In this document: piece after piece, positions 56,116 through 64,000 of the stretch
How positions within the stretch are numbered: position 1 is the stretch's first letter
How the letters are laid out: each line of letters begins with the position of its first letter
IMG/VR virus record: IMGVR_UViG_3300022843_000001
Span: 96,001-160,000 of that record
DNA: 64,000 nt
Direction: 5' to 3' (one strand)
Origin: a virus
Made by a program: the position numbers and the translations under genes
Notes under the pieces: model-generated
Database searches by the model: none
Seen by the model: only the letters and a program-made list of their open reading frames with translations
What the model was told of the DNA's origin: nothing

Positions 56116-57097
56116 GTATCCAAGTATTGAACAATTTAGAAGAGTAATTAAAGAAGTAGAAATGACTTTTAAAAATGAAATTCAGCCTACATTAAAATTT
56201 AAAGGTACTGTAAAAGTACATGGTACTAACGCTTCAGTAGTTATTGAACCTAACGGAACTATAACAACACAGTCTAGAAACAACGTAATAACTGTTGAAA
56301 ATGATAATGCTGGTTTTGCTAAATGGATTGAAGAACGAAAAAGCTGGTTTTATGAATACAAAAAACAACTAGAACACCAACTAATAGCTTGGGGAAGTGA
56401 CACTGTAGTTATTTACGGTGAGTTTGCTGGTGGCAATATTCAAAAAAATGTTGCAGTGACAGGTATTGATAAATTCTTTTACGTATTTGGTATTAAAATT
56501 ATTAATGAAAAAGAAAATGAAGATTACTGGTCTTCAGAAATTCCTGAATTTACACGAATGGATAATTATAACTTTGACAGAATTTTTATGGCTAACAAAA
56601 TTTGGAAAAGAAATATACTTATCGATTTTAACAAGCCACAAGAATTGCAAAATCAAATGATTCAGCTAACTGAAGAAATTGAAGCTAACTGCCCTGTAGG
56701 AGCATTATTAGGCTCTACTGAGTGTACTGTTGGTGAAGGAGTAGTGTGGGAACACATTGACTGTAATGGCAACAGATTAGCGTTTAAAGTTAAAGGGAAA
56801 AAACATAGCTCATCTAAAGTTAAAGTTATGGCTGCTGTTGACGTAGAAAAAATGAAATCAATAGATGAATTTGTTGATTATGTATTAACTGAAGCTAGGT
56901 TAGAACAAGGCTTTAAAGAAATATGTGATTGTAATGCAGACAGAAAATACTTAGGTAACTTTATTAAATGGGTTTGTTCTGATGTGTTTAAAGAAGAAAC
57001 TGATACTCTTTTAGCTAGTGGTTTAACAACAAAAGAAGTATCTAGTACTTTAAGCAAAACAATTAGAAATTGGTTTTTCAATAAGGAGTTATTATAA
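56108..57097 (+). CDS. RNA ligase (Rnl2-like), homologue of 5740-6735
   Basis: KVHGTN, DTVVIYGEFAG, GEGVVWEHI, FKVKGKKHS. Confidence 0.85.
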   Translation: MIRYPSIEQFRRVIKEVEMTFKNEIQPTLKFKGTVKVHGTNASVVIEPNGTITTQSRNNVITVENDNAGFAKWIEERKSWFYEYKKQLEHQLIAWGSDTVVIYGEFAGGNIQKNVAVTGIDKFFYVFGIKIINEKENEDYWSSEIPEFTRMDNYNFDRIFMANKIWKRNILIDFNKPQELQNQMIQLTEEIEANCPVGALLGSTECTVGEGVVWEHIDCNGNRLAFKVKGKKHSSSKVKVMAAVDVEKMKSIDEFVDYVLTEARLEQGFKEICDCNADRKYLGNFIKWVCSDVFKEETDTLLASGLTTKEVSSTLSKTIRNWFFNKELL

Positions 57098-57099
57098 AA

Positions 57100-57408
57100 A
57101 TGTATTTAAAAGAAGAAATTGAAAAATGGGCAACAGCTGTAGGAATAATTAAAGATGGTACTTTTATAGGACAACTTAAAGGTTTAAGTACGGAAGTAGT
57201 AGAAGCTACTGAAGCATACACTATGTTTAAAACACAGAATGCAAATGTAGCAGAAATAGAAATGGAAATGGGTGATATTTATATTTACTGGATGAATGCC
57301 TGTACAAAACTAGGGTTAGATCCAGAAAAATGTGTAGATAAAGCTTTTAATAAAGTAATTAAAAGAACTGGAACAATAGTATCAGGAAGGTATAAAAAAG
57401 ATGATTAG
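57100..57408 (+). CDS. MazG-like NTP pyrophosphohydrolase
   Basis: LSTEVVEA...EMEMGDIYIY...DPEKCVDKAFNKVIKRTG. Confidence 0.75.
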   Translation: MYLKEEIEKWATAVGIIKDGTFIGQLKGLSTEVVEATEAYTMFKTQNANVAEIEMEMGDIYIYWMNACTKLGLDPEKCVDKAFNKVIKRTGTIVSGRYKKDD

Positions 57409-57703
57409 AAAACCATTAGTAAATAACTATATGCGTAGAATTAAAACTATTAAAGTCGGAATGAAAAAAATTAACGGCAAAATGATTCCTGCATATCGTG
57501 ATGTTTACGTAGATGTTTATGACGTTATCAGAGCATTTAATGTTACAGATCCTGCTATGGCACATGCAATTAAAAAGTGTTTAGCTGCAGGACAACGTGG
57601 AGCTAAAGACAGTATTAAAGATAAAAATGAATCTATACAAGCTATTGAAAGGTCAATAGTAATAGAAGAGGAAGAAGAAATTTACTCTTCATTAGTACCT
57701 TAA
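57401..57703 (+). CDS. DUF3310/SaV-like protein
   Basis: DVYDVIRAF...AHAIKKCLAAGQRGAKD. Confidence 0.65.
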   Translation: MIRKPLVNNYMRRIKTIKVGMKKINGKMIPAYRDVYVDVYDVIRAFNVTDPAMAHAIKKCLAAGQRGAKDSIKDKNESIQAIERSIVIEEEEEIYSSLVP

Positions 57704-57833
57704 TTTAACAACAATAACAAATTACAGAACTTATGGAAAAATTAAAGATACATGTCCTGTATGTAACAAGTTAATTGCTGCTACAGGTTTGGATCAACAC
57801 ATGAAAGCAAAACACGTATAAAGGAACATACTA

Positions 57834-57944
57834 ATGTCAGAAAGTAACTTATTCGAAGAAGCAAGCCGTTATAAATGGACTTTTAAAACAGCAAAATAAA
57901 CTATTTCAGTTCAAGATCTGGATGCGTTAAACTCTACTCTTTAA
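57834..57944 (+). pseudogene. Interrupted remnant of a conserved phage protein
   Basis: MSESNLFEEASRYKWTFKTAK*TISVQDL..., resembling the FEKASRLKLRF...LSVEDL family. Confidence 0.5.
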
Positions 57945-58132
57945 AAAATATAGGTTGCTGCAATTTCTCCATCGTTAACTTTTATACAAAGTTTAACGGT
58001 AAAAAGACCACGACCGAAAGTGTCGTCAAAAATAACAATGTGCAAACACTAAAGATCCTAAATTTGTATAATTTTATGTTTGTATTAAAACTGGCAGCGT
58101 AATCATATACAGTAAATTGTTTTACTTGAATT

Positions 58133-58162
58133 AAGGTCGGTATTTAAGTACCGGCCTTTTTT
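58133..58162 (+). terminator. Intrinsic terminator
   Basis: AAGGTCGGTA-TTTAAG-TACCGGCCTT plus T-run. Confidence 0.85.
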
Positions 58163-58390
58163 CTACATTAACCTAATAGAAACTAATACTATGAAAAGAA
58201 CTAGAGAAGAGTTAACCAAATACATAGACCACGTAATTAAAGATATTCATGAAGACTGTAACAAAACAAAAAATAGAGAAGAAATAAACTATAGTAATGA
58301 TCTTCTTTTAGTGGCTTTCAAGATTAAAGAATTGTTAGTGAGCAGCAGCCCGTAATTTAGTAAATAATCAATAAACTAGTATGCCTGTAC

Positions 58391-58675
58391 TTGTTACAGG
58401 TATTTTTTTGCCTGAAGGAAAGTAATATGTTAAACATAAAAAAGTACATAAGAGATTTAGTCAATGAACAAGTAAGTTTACTAAACAGAGAAAAAGAAAA
58501 AGAAGTAAAAAATGACACCGTTAAAGAAGTAACGTACTTAATGAGAGATAAAATTAATAGTTACATCAGAGATAAACAGCAAAATGAAATACGACAAGAA
58601 ACTAGCAGGTATACAGAAAGTGAAGAATTTCTTTCTAAAATAGTTCAAAGGATAATTAACCTTCAGGTGAAATAA
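58391..58675 (+). CDS. Hypothetical protein
   Basis: ORF; probable start 58426; stop overlaps the helicase ATG. Confidence 0.55.
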   Translation: MLQVFFCLKESNMLNIKKYIRDLVNEQVSLLNREKEKEVKNDTVKEVTYLMRDKINSYIRDKQQNEIRQETSRYTESEEFLSKIVQRIINLQVK

Positions 58676-60081
58676 TGGAGTTTACAACAGAACAACATAA
58701 CATTATCGATCATGTAATAAATAACCCAGTAACTCCTGACAAATATGGAAATATAACACTTGTACCAGCTAGTGCTGGCTGTGGTAAGACGTTTATAGGT
58801 AAAGAGATAGTATCACGGCTTAACCCACGTAAAGGTCTTTACACAGCATTTAATAAAGCCATAGTGCTTGAATCCGAAGAGAAATTCAGCAACTACGATG
58901 TGGAGTGTAAAACATTTCATGCACTAGCTTATAAATTTGTAAAACCAAAAAGAGGTATGCAAGAACTTAGCTACAATGACATAAAAGAAAAAATTACTTA
59001 CCCTGACAAAGCACTTGTACTGGAAGTTATAAACTTATTTTTTGTTTCTAGTTCATTAGATATGTATGACTTTTTTGAAGAGTATTTTTTTAAAAGAGAT
59101 GATCTTATACCTATAGCAAGTAAATATGTTAACTTGATGATAGATAGAAAAATACCTATGAGTTTTAATTTTCTACTAAAGTACTTACATTTAATGCTAG
59201 TAGAAGGAACTTCATGTAAATACGATATAGTTATTCTTGATGAAATTAATGATGTTACTGCAGTTCAATTAGAAATATTCAAATTAATTGAATCACCTAT
59301 AAAAATAGGTCTTGGAGAATCTAACCAAGCTATTTATAAATTCTTGAATCTTAAAGATGGTTTTGATGAACTACATGAAGCAGTCCAACTACCTCTAACA
59401 AATTCTTTTAGGTGTAGTATTGATATTGCAAAAAATATTGAAAAGTTTATGAAAACTTACGTAAAACATGATTTCCTGTTTACAGGTACATCTAACCCTG
59501 TGAAAAATGGAAATACACTTTACGTTACAATGACAAATGCGGCTATTATATTTTTAATAAAAGAGTTTATTAGTATAAACAAAGGGTTTACGTTACTAAG
59601 AAAAATATCAGATATATTTGCTTATCCTTTAGCTATTGTAAGTGCTTCATCAGGTAAAGAAGTATACCAATATAAATATAAGTTTTTAGAAAAAGAGTAT
59701 AAAAAATATAAAAAAGACCAATCAGATAAAACATCATTTTTTTCTTATTTAATAGAAGAAATCGGTGATCAAGAAACAGAATCTGCAATCTCTTTACTAT
59801 CCACTTTAGCTGCAAATAAAACAAATATATTTGATTTGTATAAAAAAGCTAAGTTTGTTAAAGCAGATTCAAAATATACTATTGCAACTGTGTTTACTTC
59901 TAAAGGTTTAGAATTTGAAACAGTTAACATTAATAATGATATGAACAGTGCTGTTGGCAGAGTAATTGAGAATGGTGGTGTACAGTCAGAAGATGACTTA
60001 GTTATTATGAGAGCATATTATGTTGCTACTAGCCGGGCTGGAGTCAACCTAAATAACGCAATATTCTTAAAAATACAGTAG
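58675..60081 (+). CDS. Superfamily 1 (UvrD/RecD-like) helicase
   Basis: ASAGCGKT, FNKAI, TFHALA, LDEIND, NSFRC, TSKGLEF, YYVATSRA. Confidence 0.88.
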   Translation: MEFTTEQHNIIDHVINNPVTPDKYGNITLVPASAGCGKTFIGKEIVSRLNPRKGLYTAFNKAIVLESEEKFSNYDVECKTFHALAYKFVKPKRGMQELSYNDIKEKITYPDKALVLEVINLFFVSSSLDMYDFFEEYFFKRDDLIPIASKYVNLMIDRKIPMSFNFLLKYLHLMLVEGTSCKYDIVILDEINDVTAVQLEIFKLIESPIKIGLGESNQAIYKFLNLKDGFDELHEAVQLPLTNSFRCSIDIAKNIEKFMKTYVKHDFLFTGTSNPVKNGNTLYVTMTNAAIIFLIKEFISINKGFTLLRKISDIFAYPLAIVSASSGKEVYQYKYKFLEKEYKKYKKDQSDKTSFFSYLIEEIGDQETESAISLLSTLAANKTNIFDLYKKAKFVKADSKYTIATVFTSKGLEFETVNINNDMNSAVGRVIENGGVQSEDDLVIMRAYYVATSRAGVNLNNAIFLKIQ

Positions 60082-60091
60082 GCTAAAATCT

Positions 60092-60337
60092 ATGAATAAC
60101 GCAAAAAATATGAACTTAGGATCATTATCAACATACGAAATACAAGGATTAGCATTAGATAACACATCCTTTCTTGAGGAGCTTGGTAGAAGATGTTTGA
60201 AACTAAACCTAGATTGTTATGATAAGGATTCAACTTGTTATCATGAAGAAGAATGTAACGAGCTTAAAGATGAGATAAGCAACCTACAACAAGAATCAGC
60301 ACTGTGTGCGGAATGTGGAGAAGACCTTGATACATAA
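60092..60337 (+). CDS. Hypothetical protein
   Basis: 81-aa ORF with C-terminal CAEC. Confidence 0.55.
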   Translation: MNNAKNMNLGSLSTYEIQGLALDNTSFLEELGRRCLKLNLDCYDKDSTCYHEEECNELKDEISNLQQESALCAECGEDLDT

Positions 60338-60428
60338 AACAATATTATTTACTTAAAATAAAAATTACGCAGTCACTCACTCTGCATAATAACTTAAATT
60401 TAGTGAGTACCTTTAAAGGAAAATAAAA

Positions 60429-60779
60429 ATGTCAATTAGTAATATTTTAGAACAGAAAAAAGAAGATCTTTCAGATGCTGAGAAAATTAAAGCAATTGCT
60501 GAAATTGTAAGTCAAGCACGTAAAAGTTATGGAAATTCAGATGCAGTTGTTACTTCACCTGAAATTAACACAACTGATGGTGTTGTAGAATTACAGTTTG
60601 TTTCGGTTGAGACAAAACTATCTCTGGTTAAACAAGAAGTAGTAGCTATCAAAATGGCTGCAATCGAGTTTGAAAAAAGTAATGAAGGTGTTAACCGTGA
60701 CAAAATGGTAGAGCAATTGCTTGCTACATCACCCATTATGGTAAACCTTGCTGACACAGCTAAGTTTTCTTACTTGTAA
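60429..60779 (+). CDS. Hypothetical protein
   Basis: AAGGA SD, 116 aa. Confidence 0.65.
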   Translation: MSISNILEQKKEDLSDAEKIKAIAEIVSQARKSYGNSDAVVTSPEINTTDGVVELQFVSVETKLSLVKQEVVAIKMAAIEFEKSNEGVNRDKMVEQLLATSPIMVNLADTAKFSYL

Positions 60780-60812
60780 GCTTTAACTAAATAATATTAA
60801 GAGGTAGTAGTA

Positions 60813-61577
60813 ATGTTTTTATCATTTGTAAAAAAAGATGCTTCTGAGCTAGAAGTAGTAGCAAAGATTCGTGGTAAGTACAAAACACTGCCTTTTGATA
60901 TTATTTTAAGATTGTTACTGATTTATAAAACTATAGGTTTAAAAGAATTAAACCTAAAAATAGACGAATTTGCTAATAAAATAACTAACCAGTCTTTATC
61001 TAACTACTGTGACAGTTACGGTAATGAAGAACAGGATCTTTATTTTAATATAACTAAAGTGCTGCCTTTTTATGAGCATTTTTATTTTAGAGATGATTTA
61101 AAAAATTTGTTAATAAAAGACGCTTTGCGTTTTGTTTTTGCTATAAAACAAAACACTTTAGGTTTATTTGACACAAAAGTAAATGATATATTTGATGTAC
61201 AAAAAAATTTACATATTTCTATAGCTTGGATAATACAAGAACAAGATGCTGTATTTGCTCATTTACCTAATCATATAAATCTAAGCAGCAATAACTTTGA
61301 TCAAATTGTTGAATTCAGTAATCTTAGCAATTTAAAAATTCAAATAATTAATACAATAATTTTAGATGCTGCACGAGAAAAAAAGTACAAGTTTGTGTTT
61401 AACGAAAATTATAAAAAATCTTTTCCTGACGTTACCAGTGAGTTAGAAAAAACTACAAAATATAAAACTGAATCAGGTCAAGTAACAGAAACAACATCAG
61501 CAAGTGCACCGGGAAGCCAAGATGCAATACTGCCAGATGGGTCAATTTATGATTATAAAACTGTGGAAAAACCTTAA
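60813..61577 (+). CDS. Hypothetical protein, possibly truncated by a premature TAA
   Basis: Frame stays open 43 more codons after the stop and ends DDIPF* at 61709. Confidence 0.65.
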   Translation: MFLSFVKKDASELEVVAKIRGKYKTLPFDIILRLLLIYKTIGLKELNLKIDEFANKITNQSLSNYCDSYGNEEQDLYFNITKVLPFYEHFYFRDDLKNLLIKDALRFVFAIKQNTLGLFDTKVNDIFDVQKNLHISIAWIIQEQDAVFAHLPNHINLSSNNFDQIVEFSNLSNLKIQIINTIILDAAREKKYKFVFNENYKKSFPDVTSELEKTTKYKTESGQVTETTSASAPGSQDAILPDGSIYDYKTVEKP

Positions 61578-61720
61578 TTACCAAGACCTGAATTAAAATT
61601 TGGTAAAGGATACGATGATGTAAAAAAATATAATTCTCCTGAATCAGTAGTAAAAATTGCTAAAAAGAAATCACAAATTATTTACGACAACGACGACATA
61701 CCTTTTTAAGAGAAACAATA

Positions 61721-62500
61721 ATGAAACACCCTAAATATGATGAAGTTAAATTACTGGTTGATAATGACATAGCTGTTTTGCTAGTAGGTCCAGCTGGTAG
61801 TGGTAAAACAACTATTATAGAAACAATATCAAAAGAAAGAGATATGGAGTTTTATGTTATATCTATGACAAGACAAACTACGTTATCTGCACTAATAGGT
61901 TTTAAAAATATTAATGGTGACTATACATCTACTGAACTTAGGAAAGCTGTTGAATTTGGACACTTATTATTAATTGATGAAATAGATGGAGGTGATCCAA
62001 ATGTCCTACTATGTCTTAATACGTTAGAAAATGGGTTTATGTCATTTCCTGACGGCGTTGTCAAAAAACATAAAAATTTCAGATTGTGTGCAACAGCTAA
62101 CCCAAAAGAAAAACAATACACTGGTAGAGCAGTATTAGATGAATCTACGTTAGACAGGTTTGACAATATTTTTATAGATACAGACGCAAACCTAGAAAAA
62201 GAAATTGTTGGTGCAACTATTCATGATTGTATGAATGATGTACGAAAAGTACTAAAAAACTGGAATCACCAAAAAACAATTTCTATGCGTGATGCAATCC
62301 GTTTTAAAAAACGTCATGACATAAAATTGATAGACGGATTTGTAGAAAAACTTCTCGATAATGAAGATAGTATGATAGATAAATATAACACTTTAAGAGA
62401 AGTTAAAACTTTTATAGTACAAGAGTTATGTCCTACAGTAGAAATTTTGTACAAAAATATAATGAAATCACAAGGAATATTCAATGAAAACACTACCTAA
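61721..62500 (+). CDS. MoxR-like AAA+ ATPase (N4 gp24-like position)
   Basis: GPAGSGKT, LIDEID, CATAN, TLDRF. Confidence 0.88.
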   Translation: MKHPKYDEVKLLVDNDIAVLLVGPAGSGKTTIIETISKERDMEFYVISMTRQTTLSALIGFKNINGDYTSTELRKAVEFGHLLLIDEIDGGDPNVLLCLNTLENGFMSFPDGVVKKHKNFRLCATANPKEKQYTGRAVLDESTLDRFDNIFIDTDANLEKEIVGATIHDCMNDVRKVLKNWNHQKTISMRDAIRFKKRHDIKLIDGFVEKLLDNEDSMIDKYNTLREVKTFIVQELCPTVEILYKNIMKSQGIFNENTT

Positions 62501-63284
62501 TATATACCCTGACGTATGGAAAAAAGAGCTAAAGATAGAAACTTTAGACTATTTACCTTTTCGTAACTTAATGCATTTTAAACATTTTGTATCAAATATT
62601 ACACAAATTGAAGATAACAAATGTGATGTTTCTTATTCTGATGCGTTATCTGATTTAATGCTGGGAAAATACGAAAAAGATGATAGTAGATATGAAAGCG
62701 TTAGAAACTTAGTGAGAAAAAATCTATTAAAACGTGGACTTATTACTCAAGAAATTTATGAAAACTTTAAATACTCTACTGATGGTATTGTAGTTGACTA
62801 TGATGTAGGAAAATATGCAGCTGGTGAACCTGATTGTGTTATTACACCTTCAGTACAATATGTAGATTTTTTTCATGAACTTTATATAAATATATCTTAT
62901 AGATATGATATTAGTGATATTGATATTTCTAAAAATATTAATAAATTGTTGGCTACTATCGAAGAACTAGAGCGTCAACATATATTCATTAAAATTACTT
63001 TAATACTAGCTTGTAGAGAAATTAACAACAAAAACAATTTCCTGTCTGTAATACCTTTATTTTCTCATAGAGAATTTAAAACAGTAGAAATTATGTCTTC
63101 AGTTTTAAATAATAGACTGTTGAGAAAATTCTTTTTTGCTATATTTGAAAATAAGTATGGTGATGAATTATCAGATTTTTATGGAAGAGTACTAAAAGTA
63201 TCTGACTCTTTATCATTAAATGATGAATTTAATGAAATAGAATTCTTTACTGAAATTAAAGACACTGTTGAAAGGAGATTATAA
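62484..63284 (+). CDS. Partner of the AAA+ ATPase (degenerate vWA-like)
   Basis: Overlaps the ATPase; DYDVGKYAAGEPDC, ELYINISY, TIEELE pattern. Confidence 0.6.
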   Translation: MKTLPNIYPDVWKKELKIETLDYLPFRNLMHFKHFVSNITQIEDNKCDVSYSDALSDLMLGKYEKDDSRYESVRNLVRKNLLKRGLITQEIYENFKYSTDGIVVDYDVGKYAAGEPDCVITPSVQYVDFFHELYINISYRYDISDIDISKNINKLLATIEELERQHIFIKITLILACREINNKNNFLSVIPLFSHREFKTVEIMSSVLNNRLLRKFFFAIFENKYGDELSDFYGRVLKVSDSLSLNDEFNEIEFFTEIKDTVERRL

Positions 63285-64000
63285 TGAGTACTATTGATAT
63301 GCTTGAAAGTTATGTAAAAAGCAAAACTTCATCTTTATCAAATTTTCCTATTATTGTTAAAAAAGGTATAAACACTATATCTGGTGAAGCTCCTTTTAAA
63401 CTAAAATTAGCTATTGTTCTTTCTGAACTAGTTACTTTATCTTCACACCTAAGAAAACCTATAGTGTTGTTTGACGGCACATTAGTTCCTACTAATGCTA
63501 TTACGTTTGCTTTGTGTGGTTCTGGCGAAGGTAAAGATAAAGCAGTAAATGCTGTAAGAAAATCTTTAAAAGAAGCTTATTATAAACTAGAAGAAAAACG
63601 TAAAGAGTATGCTGAAGAAAAAGCTAAGAATGACGCTATAATACATGGTGAGTCACGAGAAGATTGGCAAAAATATTACTCAGCACCTAAGCCTTTACAA
63701 GCTGGTCTTGGCACTGTTGAAGGGCTAACAAGCCATTTTGCTAGTATAGAGTCAAACCCTTTAGGTGCAGGAAGTATCATGAGCACTGAAATTGGTAGTG
63801 AGTTACAAACTAATGGATCTATTATGGAAATTTTTAAAGTAATTTCTGTTGCTTATGATCTAGGTGCTATAGCAGCAAAAATAATTAAATCTTCAGAAAA
63901 TCAAACAGCTTCAATATTAAGTTTACCTGTAAACGCTTTACTGTTTGGCTCACAAGAAGCTTTACTATTTAATAATGATGTAAAATCAAAGTTTAAGCTT
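63284..64000 (+). CDS. N4 gp43-like primase-family P-loop protein, partial (runs off the window)
   Basis: VPTNAITFALCGSGEGKD, GTVEGL, TEIGSEL, AYDLG, NALLFGS parallel N4 gp43 N-terminal motifs. Confidence 0.7.
   Translation, partial: MSTIDMLESYVKSKTSSLSNFPIIVKKGINTISGEAPFKLKLAIVLSELVTLSSHLRKPIVLFDGTLVPTNAITFALCGSGEGKDKAVNAVRKSLKEAYYKLEEKRKEYAEEKAKNDAIIHGESREDWQKYYSAPKPLQAGLGTVEGLTSHFASIESNPLGAGSIMSTEIGSELQTNGSIMEIFKVISVAYDLGAIAAKIIKSSENQTASILSLPVNALLFGSQEALLFNNDVKSKFKL

Noticed and set aside
53118-58100. One- or two-piece tmRNA (ACCA element at 53118 plus an ANTKDPKFV* frame near 58042)
   Set aside because: No G3-U70 alanine identity, no tmRNA 5' motif, and the pieces are 5 kb apart
55554-61709. 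Stop-codon reassignment
   Set aside because: TAA, TAG and TGA all terminate well-conserved genes at expected lengths, and no suppressor tRNA is present

Overview
The window is phage DNA that looks like two unrelated tailed-phage genomes joined end to end. Left part (1 to ~34,600, all minus strand): a T4-like myovirus replication/late block with regA, clamp loader g62/g44, dexA, dsbA, clamp g45, an RNA ligase, a dNMP kinase, a CobS/CobT-like pair, g46/g47, sigma factor g55, a split uvsW, uvsY, head genes g23-g20, tail and neck genes g19-g13, terminase g17/g16, several homing endonucleases, TATAAATA late promoters and sigma70 early promoters. Right part (~36,000 to 64,000, visibly more AT-rich): an N4-like (Schitoviridae-related) genome crossing its probable right-end/left-end junction near 46.0-46.45 kb. 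On the minus strand it carries a tail fibre, a gp67-like adaptor, N4-type large and small terminases, an Acb2 + Tad2-like anti-defence pair behind a sigma70 promoter, four tRNAs and a CCA-ended tRNA-like RNA. On the plus strand it carries a single-chain N4-RNAPII-like polymerase with His at the T7 Tyr639 position, degenerate tRNA-like elements, structured intergenic regions, a 3'-phosphatase, a second RNA ligase, Lar-like and MazG-like genes, an SF1 helicase, an AAA+/partner pair and the start of an N4 gp43-like primase. The main leads are the uvsW gene split by an HNH endonuclease with intein-like but apparently non-splicing appendages, the T4/N4 junction, the anti-defence island with non-canonical tRNA-like RNAs, and the divergent fused RNA polymerase. 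All family assignments come from motif recognition by eye; no database search was run.
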